A DNA stretch of 25,927 bases from positions 1 through 25,927 of the forward strand of contig JANMLN010000007.1 in NCBI GenBank assembly GCA_031372565.1. The letters run 5' to 3'. The notes beneath the pieces are model-generated. The model worked only from the letters and a program-made list of their open reading frames with translations, did no database searches and was not told the DNA's origin. The stretch is from Gemmatimonadota bacterium. GTDB taxonomy: Bacteria; Gemmatimonadota; Gemmatimonadetes; Gemmatimonadales; Gemmatimonadaceae. This document shows, in pieces, positions 17,064-25,927 of this stretch (position 1 is the stretch's first letter; each line of letters starts with the position of its first letter). Both the position numbers and the translations under genes were made by a program.

Positions 17064-17742
17064 AGAACACAGCCTCTTTGACGTCCGCCGTCGTGATTCC
17101 GTAGTCGGCTGCCACGTCGTCCGCTGACTCGCCGGCGTCGATCCGCTCCACCAGAATGCGCGTGGCGATGCCTGCGCTGGCCAGAATCGGACGGCCGAAT
17201 CCGATGGCGGGATCGATCACGATCGGCCGCGCATCGGGACGCTCGTCCATAACGGCGAACGGAAACAGACGGTGAGGCAGATCGTTCGCGTCCCACTCCA
17301 CGCGGCGCAGATACGCTTCCAGCGCCGACCGCATAGCTAACTGCCCGGACTTGGTCAGGTTGATCAGCTTGCCGTAGCGCTCGATGAACAGCTCACCCGC
17401 GCTGGCCTTCAACTCCACGCTGAGCAGCAACCGCTCGATGTTGAGCTCCGACTCGGCGTAGTGAATCGCCTTCCGGATTTCGGGCAGCGCCATCCCGTGC
17501 GTCGTCCGCAGTGACCGCAGCACGTGCGCCTCGACCACATTGTTGAACGAGAGCACGTGCGACCGCGTGTCAGCTGCGCGGATCAGCGGCTGGCTGCGCC
17601 GAGTCCCCGCCGCTGACGAGGAGGCTCGACCCACAACCCAGGCGCGCAGCGTCGCTGACGCCACCCGCACGTACCGCGCCGCCTCAGCGAGTGGATACGC
17701 CGGGCGGTCGGGTGCCGTCAGTGTCGAGCGGGAAGGCTGCAT
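17047..17742 (-). CDS. DUF433-domain antitoxin, VapB45/Rv2018-like
   Basis: N-terminal HTH (Y..AEAARY..V...TLR.W), LSF..VVEAHVL, IDPAIGFGRP...GI.T, GES...VA.DYG. ATG 17742 preferred. Confidence 0.88.
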   Translation of the reverse strand: MQPSRSTLTAPDRPAYPLAEAARYVRVASATLRAWVVGRASSSAAGTRRSQPLIRAADTRSHVLSFNNVVEAHVLRSLRTTHGMALPEIRKAIHYAESELNIERLLLSVELKASAGELFIERYGKLINLTKSGQLAMRSALEAYLRRVEWDANDLPHRLFPFAVMDERPDARPIVIDPAIGFGRPILASAGIATRILVERIDAGESADDVAADYGITTADVKEAVFYEQAA

Positions 17743-17963
17743 CGTTGGTGTGGTCGGTGGCTCGGAGCTGAATTCGGACCTATGTGTCAACGAGGTTGGA
17801 CTGCAACGTCGGATGCCGACGGAGTGAAGATGAAGAACCTATGGCAGAATCTCCAGTCTCGCGCAGCCGGGTGCGCCCGAGCCAGCCCATGCCGAGACGT
17901 CGTCTGGTGAGCCTGATCGTTTCAGCATCGCCCCGACGTGAAAGCCAGCCGGGGCAAAACCCC

Positions 17964-19499
17964 TCACGCGCTGTGCTCCCCCGTCAGCCGCCGGACCTCG
18001 CGCCGTGCCTCGATCATCCGGTCCACCTCGGCGTGGAACTCGTTGGCGCGCACCACTGCGTCGGTCACGACCCCCGGGGTTTCGACGCCGGCGGTGAGCG
18101 AGAGCAGGTCCATGCGGAGTGCCTCAAGGATCGCCTGCGCGGTGTCGAGCCGCCCCTGCAGCGATTCGCGCTCCTCCCGCACGCCGGCCGCCGCGTCCGG
18201 TGTCTCGAGCGCAGAATCGAGCGCCTGGATCCGGGCGCGCAGCGCAAGGGCGCCGTTCTCGAGGCGGCGGACGACCCCCGGAACGTCAGCCAGTCGCTGC
18301 CGAGTGACCGGCGTGAGCCCGTCGAAGAGGGCCGCGGTGTCAGGCGACAGCTCCTCGGGGACCGCCAGCTCGGTGCTCGTGGTCGAGGGGAGCGACTCCA
18401 CGGGCTGCTGCCGTCGTCCGGGCAGCGCTGAGAGCACCTCGTCGCGAATCCAGCGCCGCGCTCGCGGACTCGTCGCGGCGGCCAAGCCCGCGAACGCGGT
18501 GGCGATGGTGTACCAGGACGACGCGCTGAGCTCGGCGAGCGAACCGCCTCCCGTCTGACCAGCGAGCAGCGCAAGCACGGCAGCCCAGCCGAACAGCCAG
18601 CTGTTGGGGGTCACCAGTGGTACGTCGGTCGGCTCGGCGATGAGCGTCGGAAAGAACTCGCAACGCTGCAACTCGCGCGCGACGTCGAGCGCCTCGGCGG
18701 GCCGGTCCGCGGCGCGCTTGGCGAGACAGGCTTCGAGCACCCGCGCCATCGGGGGCGGCACCGAGGGGTTGCGTTCGCGAATCGGCACGACGCGCCCGGT
18801 CAGGTGCAGCGCCATCACGCCGCCCGCGTCCGACGCGACGAACGGCGGCGACCCGCACAGCAGCTGGTAGCCGAGCACGCCGAGGGCGTAGAGGTCGGTG
18901 CGATGGTCGGGCACCGTGTCGCCCGCGACCTGCTCGGGGCTCATGTAGAGCGGCGTGCCGACCTGCGGGGCGTCCTCGGCGTCCACGTCACCCCGCAGCG
19001 CGGCGATGCCGAAGTCGAGCAGGAGCACCTTCCGCAGGGTGCCCTCGAGGATGACGTTGTCCGGCTTGATGTCGCGGTGCACGATGCCGGCGCGGTGGGC
19101 CGCGGCCAGTGCATCGCACAGCTCGAGGAGGATCCGGTGCGCCTCCTTGGGCGGCACCGTGCCGCGCCGCGCCATCCGCGAGCGCAGCGTCTCCCCCTCG
19201 ATGAAGGGCATGATGAGGTAGACGAGGTCGCCCTCCTCGCGCAGGTCGTAGATCGGGACGATCGCCGGGTGCCGCAGCTTGGCGAGGGCGACCCCTTCAC
19301 GATGGAACCGCTCGAGGAACTCCGGCGCCGTCGCCATCTCGGGCCGGAGCACCTTGATCGCCACCGCGCGGTCGAGGCGCACGTCGTACCCGCGATAGAC
19401 CTGGCCGAACCCGCCGTGCCCCACCATGCGCTCGAGGCGATAGCCCGCGCCGAGCGACTGCGCGAGCGCGTGGGCGAGCGGATCGGCGTCGAGCGACAT
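17964..19499 (-). CDS. Hanks-type Ser/Thr protein kinase with a membrane segment and helical C-terminus
   Basis: GHGGFGQVY, VAIK, HRDIKPDN, DFG, GTPLYMSPEQ, DLYALG; start ATG 19499. Confidence 0.93.
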   Translation of the reverse strand: MSLDADPLAHALAQSLGAGYRLERMVGHGGFGQVYRGYDVRLDRAVAIKVLRPEMATAPEFLERFHREGVALAKLRHPAIVPIYDLREEGDLVYLIMPFIEGETLRSRMARRGTVPPKEAHRILLELCDALAAAHRAGIVHRDIKPDNVILEGTLRKVLLLDFGIAALRGDVDAEDAPQVGTPLYMSPEQVAGDTVPDHRTDLYALGVLGYQLLCGSPPFVASDAGGVMALHLTGRVVPIRERNPSVPPPMARVLEACLAKRAADRPAEALDVARELQRCEFFPTLIAEPTDVPLVTPNSWLFGWAAVLALLAGQTGGGSLAELSASSWYTIATAFAGLAAATSPRARRWIRDEVLSALPGRRQQPVESLPSTTSTELAVPEELSPDTAALFDGLTPVTRQRLADVPGVVRRLENGALALRARIQALDSALETPDAAAGVREERESLQGRLDTAQAILEALRMDLLSLTAGVETPGVVTDAVVRANEFHAEVDRMIEARREVRRLTGEHSA

Positions 19500-19507
19500 C
19501 CGGTCGC

Positions 19508-20632
<1,125 letters not shown>

Positions 20633-20931
20633 CAGTGCGACTCACCAGCTGGGGGGGACGTCAGCCGCGACCAGTTGCCAATCTGCGTGGCGGTACCGTG
20701 CTTGTGAATACGGTGCCGTGGGCGTTACTGGGATGCCTTGCCCGGCGCGGCCATCGGCCCGGTGGGTTGCGGCGTCCCGCCTATCGGCTCGTCCGGGATG
20801 GGAATTCGGGAGAGAATTTCGATCGGGGAGATCCGGGACAATGGACCGAGGACCGAGCGTGTCGCCTGACGGGAAGTTCGCCCCGTCTCGCGAACCTCAT
20901 CGGCCGCCGATCCCCCGTCCTCGGTCCCCTG

Positions 20932-21975
20932 CTACTTGATGGACGCCATGTCGATCACGAAGCGATACTTCACGTCGCTCTTGAGCATCCGCTCGTAGGC
21001 GGAGTTGATCTCGGGCATCGGGATGAGCTCGATGTCGGCGGTGATGTGGTGCGTGCCGCAGAAGTCGAGCATCTCCTGCGTCTCCTTGATGCCGCCGATG
21101 AGGGAGCCGGCAATCGCCCGGCGTCCCATGATCAACGGGAAGACGCCGGGCGACGGATGCGGAGCCGCCGGGACGCCGACGAGGCACATGGTGCCGTCGC
21201 GCTTGAGGCAGATGACGAGCGGGTCGAGTTGGTGCGGCGCGGCGACCGTGTTGAGGATGAAGTCGAGCTGGCCGACGTAGCGCGCCATGTCGTCCGCGTT
21301 GCTGCTGATGACCACGTCGTGGGCGCCGAGCCGCTTGGCGTCGGCGACCTTGCCGGGGGACGAGGAGAAGACGACGACCTCGGCGCCCATCGCGACAGCG
21401 AGCTTGACGCCCATGTGACCGAGGCCGCCCAAGCCGACGACGCCGACCTTCGATCCCTTGCCGACCTTCCAGTGGCGCAGCGGCGAGTAGGTGGTGATCC
21501 CGGCGCAGAGCAGCGGCGCGGCGCCGGCAAGGTCGAGGCCCGTCGGCATGCGAAGGACGAAGTCCTGGTCCACCGTGATGTCGGTGGTGTAGCCGCCGTA
21601 GGTGGGCCCGCCGGTGTGCTTGTCGACGCCCATGTAGGTGCCGACCATCCCGGCGCTGCAGTAGTTCTCGAGGTGCTCCTGGCAGGAAGGGCAGGTGCGG
21701 CAGGAGTCGACCATGCAGCCGACGCCGACGGTGTCGCCGACCTTGAACCCCCCGACGCCGCTGCCGACGGCGGTGACGCGGCCGACGATTTCGTGGCCGG
21801 GAATCGCCGGGTAGGGAATCGGACCCCAGTCGCCCCGCACAAAGTGGAGGTCGGAGTGGCAGACGCCGCAATACAGGATGTCGATGGCGACGTCGGTGGG
21901 GCCGGGGGCGCGACGGGAGATCGTGTGTGGCGCAAGCGGCGTGTCGCCGGAGAAGGCGGCGTAGGCGTTCGTCAT
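20932..21975 (-). CDS. Zn-dependent NAD(P)H alcohol dehydrogenase (cinnamyl-ADH/YahK-like)
   Basis: CGVCHSD, GHEIVG, structural Zn C..C..C.......C, LCAGITTYSPL, GLGGLGH, YRFVID. Confidence 0.95.
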   Translation of the reverse strand: MTNAYAAFSGDTPLAPHTISRRAPGPTDVAIDILYCGVCHSDLHFVRGDWGPIPYPAIPGHEIVGRVTAVGSGVGGFKVGDTVGVGCMVDSCRTCPSCQEHLENYCSAGMVGTYMGVDKHTGGPTYGGYTTDITVDQDFVLRMPTGLDLAGAAPLLCAGITTYSPLRHWKVGKGSKVGVVGLGGLGHMGVKLAVAMGAEVVVFSSSPGKVADAKRLGAHDVVISSNADDMARYVGQLDFILNTVAAPHQLDPLVICLKRDGTMCLVGVPAAPHPSPGVFPLIMGRRAIAGSLIGGIKETQEMLDFCGTHHITADIELIPMPEINSAYERMLKSDVKYRFVIDMASIK

Positions 21976-22040
21976 TCGGTGGATCCGGGGTGAGGGGTCG
22001 TGGGAAGGTAGTTACGGTGCGTGTGTGCCCGGCTCGGGTC

Positions 22041-22184
22041 GCCGCCGTCGTGATTGAGCGGCGCGACGCCCACCAGCGTCGCCAGGGCGCGCGGGGTGGC
22101 CGTCGCGAGTTCGGGGAGGCGGCCGATCAAGATGGCGCTCGTGATCGGCCCGACCCCCGGGGCGCTGTGCAGCACCTCGTTCAT
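22041..22184 (-). pseudogene. IS110-family transposase fragment (Transposase_20 region)
   Basis: L.S.PGVGPITSAILIGRLPEL......LATLVGVAPLNHDGG matches the HhH to G.AP...SG stretch; no RuvC-like N-terminus. Confidence 0.8.
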
Positions 22185-22231
22185 ACACGGAACGATTCGG
22201 CCGAGCGCCTTCGTTCAGTAGAAAATCGGCG

Positions 22232-22603
22232 TCAACGCTGGGTCGCCAGCCAGAGACACAGGATCAGCACGGCCAGCGCCGGCAAGGAGCGTCGCAGCGG
22301 ATCCTTGATCTTCTGGTGCATCGCCAGCGCGCCCACCATCAGTACCGCCACCACCAGCGCGGCGGGACGTACGAGCGACGGCACCCAGAGGCCGACGATC
22401 AATGCCAGGCCTGCGATCGTCTTCAGCCCCCCCACCGCAAAAAACATCCACGCCGGCAAGCCGTACGCCTCGAACTCACCACGCAGGGTCTGCGCCTGTC
22501 CGCCGCGATACGCGGTTGGTCGCCCCCTCCGCACCAGCCAGACGTTCAGCAGGCCGAGGCCGACGATTACCTGCACGATTCCGACGATCGACAATGACGG
22601 CAT
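22232..22603 (-). CDS. DoxX-family membrane protein
   Basis: LLNVWLVR, EFEAYGLPAW...VG.LK...GLALIVG, MVGALAMH.KIKDP; ATG 22603. Confidence 0.85.
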   Translation of the reverse strand: MPSLSIVGIVQVIVGLGLLNVWLVRRGRPTAYRGGQAQTLRGEFEAYGLPAWMFFAVGGLKTIAGLALIVGLWVPSLVRPAALVVAVLMVGALAMHQKIKDPLRRSLPALAVLILCLWLATQR

Positions 22604-22666
22604 AGGTAACTCGATTGAATGAACGTATCTCGCGCGCGAACCCACTCCTGATAACTAAACGCCGTC

Positions 22667-23026
22667 ATGACGCTCGCAGTTCGCGTTTCCTTTGTGCTCT
22701 CGGTCGCGCTGTTCCTGTACTACGGCGTGAGCTGCCTGTTCATGGACGCCATGGTGGACGAGTTCGCGCGCTATAACCTGCGACAGTACCGGCGCCTGGT
22801 CGGCCTCCTTGAAGTGCTGGGCGCGCTGGGGCTGCTCGCCGGCGTCTTCATCCCGGTCCTGACCGTGCCCGCCGCCGGCGGCCTCGCACTCCTCATGCTG
22901 CTGGGAGTCATCACGCGCCTACGCGTCCGGGACCCGTGGTTCGAGGCGGTTCCCGCCGCTCTGCTTCTGGCCATCAACCTGTTTCTGGTGCTCGCGTCCC
23001 TGCAGGGGGTCCGCGTCCGCGGGTGA
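22667..23026 (+). CDS. DoxX-family membrane protein
   Basis: FLYYG, M..EFARY.L...R.LVG.LEVLGALGLL, LM..G...R.RVRDP. Confidence 0.85.
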   Translation: MTLAVRVSFVLSVALFLYYGVSCLFMDAMVDEFARYNLRQYRRLVGLLEVLGALGLLAGVFIPVLTVPAAGGLALLMLLGVITRLRVRDPWFEAVPAALLLAINLFLVLASLQGVRVRG

Positions 23027-23060
23027 GCGCCCCGCCGTCGCACCGTCAGCATCGTCGGCG

Positions 23061-25514
23061 TCACCCCGGGTCGCCCGGCAGCTCCTCGTGCTGTTTGCGC
23101 TGGCGGCCGAAGGTCCAGTTGGCGCTCAGCAGCAGACCACGGATCACGCGCAGCCGGTTGGACTGCTGGATGAAGCGCGGATCGATGGTGGTCGAGATGT
23201 CGGTGGCCGAGTTGAACGGGTCGATGATGCGGAGGGTGAGCGCGAGGCGGTCGTCCATCAGCTTCTGGCGGATGGCGAAGCTGGGGCGAAGCTGCGCGCC
23301 CTGCGTGCCCTGCTCGACCGTCTGCGGCGCGCGGTAGGTGACGAGGCCCTGCACGTCGAGGGTGCGCGAGACGCGCCACGCGAGGTTGGCGCGCGCGGTC
23401 CACACGAAGGCATCGGCGGAGAGGCCGCTTCCCAGGTTGGCGGCGTCGCTCACCTGGCGGAATCCGCTGGCGCCGACGAAGCCGGTGAGAAAGCCGACGC
23501 TGCGCCCGATGGTGAGGTCGACGCCGTAGGCGTCGCTCGTGGCGACGTTGGCGAAGGTGCGCGTGGCGACGCCGAGCGAGTCGATGGTGCGGATGGGGCG
23601 AATGGCGTCGGTGGTGCGACGGAAGAATGGGGAGAGCTGCACCGTGACGTTGCCGCTCTGGTGCTGGTAGCCGGCCTCGTAGGCGCGGGTGTACTCGGGC
23701 TGCAGGTACGGGTTGCCGCGCGAGACGTTGAGCGGGTCGGTGTAGACGAGCGACGGATCCACCTGGAAGCCGGGATCGGGGCGGCGGATGCGCTCGGAGA
23801 CGCTGACCTTCAGCTGGTCGTTGTCGGTGAGGTTGTACGCGACGAGCGCGCTCGCGAAGTGGCTGCGGTACTGGTTGTCGTAGGTCGAGTCGCGCGTGCG
23901 GAGGTGGAACGACGTCGCGGCGTCCTCGAGGCGGAGTCCGGCCTGCAGCAGCCAGTGGCCGACCTGTGCGTTCAACACGCCGTACACCGAGTGGGTGCGC
24001 TGCGAGAACTCGAAGTTGCTGATGCGGTTGGAGTCCGGCGCGTAGAGGCCCGTACCGAGGTTCTGCATCTGCACGTCGTAGAGCGTCTCCCAGCCCTGCC
24101 GCAGCCACTTGTAGCCGGCGTCCACGCGCAGCCAGGGCGTGAGCGGCTTGACCCAGTCCACCTTCACGAACGTCTCGCTCGGCGCCTCGAGGCCGTACTG
24201 CTGCTCGACGGTGGGGAGGCCGGTGCGCATGAAGTCGAGCGCGAGCGTGTGCGCCTTGACGTCGCGCGGGCCTTCTTCGTTTGCGCGGTAGAGGCGCGCG
24301 TCCACGGTGAGCTTGTGCCCCTTCTCCTCGAAGAGGTGCCGCCAGCCGGTGTTGAGGTCGAGGTTGTAGCGGTGATTGCCGTTGATGGTGATGCGGTCGT
24401 TGGCAGACGCGACGGCGTGCGCGGCGTCGAGGTTGCGGTAGACGTTGCTGTCCACCTCGAACTCGTAGCGATGGGAGAAGAGGACGTCGAAGTTGAGCTC
24501 ATCCTGCTTCGTGGCCTGGTAGGCGACGCGTCCCGTCAGCGTCGTCCCGTACTGGCGCGTGTCCTGCTGCGCGTGCTCCGCCAAGAAGGTGAGCGGCGAG
24601 ACCTGCAGGTTGTCGCGATTGATGATGTCGGTGCGCAGCCACGCGGTGCGGTTGCCGCTCGCGCTGCCGAAGATGGTCCACTTGCCCTTCTGCACGCCGA
24701 CGCTGCCGCCGGCGGTGAAGTTGCCGGTGGTGGCGCTCGAGACGGTGAGTCCGCCGCTCGTGCCGGCATCGGGCTCGCGCTTGAGGACGATGTTGATGAT
24801 GCCGGCGCTGCCGTCGGGGTCGTCCCTGGCGGACGGATTGGGGATGACCTCGACGCGCTCGACGATGTCGGCCGGGAGCGAGGCGAGATAGTCGCCGAGC
24901 TGCTGCGCCTTGAGCGGGCTCGGGCGGCCGTTGATCTGGAGGGTGACGCCGGAGTTGCCGCGGAGGCTCACGACGTTGTCGATGTCCACGTCCACCGAGG
25001 GGACGTTGCGCAGCACGTCGAGGGCGTTGCCGCCGCGCACGGACGGCATGTCCTTGACGACGTACTGGTTGCGGTCTGGGGCGAGCGTGACGAGGTCGGC
25101 CTCGCTGGAGACGGTGACCTTGGTGAGCTCGGGTGGGCGGACGACGAGGGCGAGGGTGCCGAGGTCGGTGGTTTCGCCATCGCGCACCTCGACGCCGGGG
25201 ACCTCCCGCGGGGCGTGGCCGATGGCGAGGAGGCGCACGCGGTAGCGGCCGCTGGCCACGCGCGCGCGGAACACGCCGTCCTCGCCCGCCGCGGTCCGCG
25301 CGACCGGGGCGAGCGTGCCGGCGCGCAGCACCTCGACCCGAGCGCCCACGATGGGCGTGAGCGCGCCCTCGGCGACCACGCGGGCGCGGAGTTCGCCCGT
25401 GCCCGGCTGGGCCGAGAGCAGGGAGAAGGGCAGGAGGACGAGCGCGAGAAGCGGGCGAAGGAGCACGGTGGGGCGGCGCGAGGCGGTGGACCGGCACGCG
25501 AGCGGTGAACGCAT
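23061..25514 (-). CDS. TonB-dependent receptor (carboxypeptidase-regulatory-like N-domain, plug, beta-barrel)
   Basis: Signal peptide, plug motifs DVLRNVPSV, LRG, INGRP, VERVEVIPNPSAR.D.DG.AGIINIVLK, and GNPYLQPE. Start ATG 25514 or GTG 25466. Confidence 0.9.
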   Translation of the reverse strand: MRSPLACRSTASRRPTVLLRPLLALVLLPFSLLSAQPGTGELRARVVAEGALTPIVGARVEVLRAGTLAPVARTAAGEDGVFRARVASGRYRVRLLAIGHAPREVPGVEVRDGETTDLGTLALVVRPPELTKVTVSSEADLVTLAPDRNQYVVKDMPSVRGGNALDVLRNVPSVDVDIDNVVSLRGNSGVTLQINGRPSPLKAQQLGDYLASLPADIVERVEVIPNPSARDDPDGSAGIINIVLKREPDAGTSGGLTVSSATTGNFTAGGSVGVQKGKWTIFGSASGNRTAWLRTDIINRDNLQVSPLTFLAEHAQQDTRQYGTTLTGRVAYQATKQDELNFDVLFSHRYEFEVDSNVYRNLDAAHAVASANDRITINGNHRYNLDLNTGWRHLFEEKGHKLTVDARLYRANEEGPRDVKAHTLALDFMRTGLPTVEQQYGLEAPSETFVKVDWVKPLTPWLRVDAGYKWLRQGWETLYDVQMQNLGTGLYAPDSNRISNFEFSQRTHSVYGVLNAQVGHWLLQAGLRLEDAATSFHLRTRDSTYDNQYRSHFASALVAYNLTDNDQLKVSVSERIRRPDPGFQVDPSLVYTDPLNVSRGNPYLQPEYTRAYEAGYQHQSGNVTVQLSPFFRRTTDAIRPIRTIDSLGVATRTFANVATSDAYGVDLTIGRSVGFLTGFVGASGFRQVSDAANLGSGLSADAFVWTARANLAWRVSRTLDVQGLVTYRAPQTVEQGTQGAQLRPSFAIRQKLMDDRLALTLRIIDPFNSATDISTTIDPRFIQQSNRLRVIRGLLLSANWTFGRQRKQHEELPGDPG

Positions 25515-25609
25515 CAACCAGTCGCTGACCACGGCTTGACGGCCCAAAGCGCTAGCACGATTGCATACGGGCCGGGCGCGGTGAGCGTTGGGCCGCGCTT
25601 CCGGCCTTC

Positions 25610-25719
25610 ACGATCCCGGCCTCATGTCGCCCGTGACGGTGAGCGCGTTCGTGGCGACGGTCGATGAGATCACGCAGTTTCGCACCGCGCACGAGTTGGA
25701 GGCGTACCTCGGCGTGACG
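25610..25719 (+). pseudogene. Second IS110-family transposase fragment
   Basis: From 25624 the frame reads MSPVTVSAFVATVDEITQFRTAHELEAYLGVT, matching GP.TA.AF.A..D...RF.SA....AYLG..P; a degenerate TIP/PG lies just upstream. Confidence 0.72.
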
Positions 25720-25734
25720 CGAAAGCGCTCGACC

Positions 25735-25927
25735 TCAGAACTTCGGGTTGATCCCAGTCGCCACGTAGAGATCCCGCGTCCGGTACACGCGCCCCGCCCG
25801 CACCACGCGCTCGGTCTTCCGCAAATCCGTCACACGCTCGTACGGCTTCCCCAACACGATCGCGAGGTCCGCGATCTTGCCCACCGCGATCGAGCCGTAA
25901 TTGGCCGTGTCACCCATGACGCGCGCC
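25735..25927 (-). CDS. Amidohydrolase-family protein, C-terminal part (partial)
   Basis: ARVMG....GSIAVGKIADLAIV.G.P......L.....V...GRVY is the typical amidohydrolase C-terminus; runs off the window. Confidence 0.8.
   Translation of the reverse strand, partial: ARVMGDTANYGSIAVGKIADLAIVLGKPYERVTDLRKTERVVRAGRVYRTRDLYVATGINPKF

Noticed and set aside
17930..17962. GCCCCG...CGGGGCAAAACCC hairpin resembling part of a c-di-GMP riboswitch
   Set aside because: The order and second stem of the GEMM consensus are absent; probably a simple hairpin after the kinase stop
20670..20681. 10-nt match (CCAGTTGCCA) to the reverse complement of part of the 173-nt element
   Set aside because: No flanking similarity or terminal IR; compatible with chance
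23088..25508. 806-aa + strand ORF, and similar long antisense ORFs (13348-14814, 20461-21993, 6876-7931)
   Set aside because: Shadow frames opposite well-supported genes, expected in high-GC DNA

Overview
GC-rich bacterial chromosomal window; gene content and style suggest Gemmatimonadota (inference). The left third is housekeeping: the 3' end of a peptide ABC substrate-binding gene, a DUF6941-like gene, a DMT transporter-HAD-CYTH-hypothetical-acpS operon, a cyclodeaminase/GNAT pair, a cytochrome c/FTR1 iron permease with a Fur-type box, and lgt. The centre (~9.0-17.8 kb) is a defence/TA island: an alpha/beta-hydrolase + membrane protein pair, an AbiEi/AbiEii type IV TA module, an MmeI-like type IIG/IIL restriction-methyltransferase and a VapBC45-like pair. 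The AbiE module lies between a 3' stub of hsdM and a 5' stub of hsdS. That block is bracketed at the two breakpoints by two direct copies of an unannotated 173-nt element. The copies share a perfect 11-bp closing stem and near-identical linker blocks, but have three hairpins whose sequence differs while pairing is kept. This is the best novel candidate: a structured ncRNA or mobile end, possibly an orphan IS110-type bridge RNA. The right part holds a Ser/Thr kinase + PilT-like ATPase, a Zn alcohol dehydrogenase, two IS110 transposase remnants, two divergent DoxX genes, a TonB-dependent receptor and the 3' end of an amidohydrolase.
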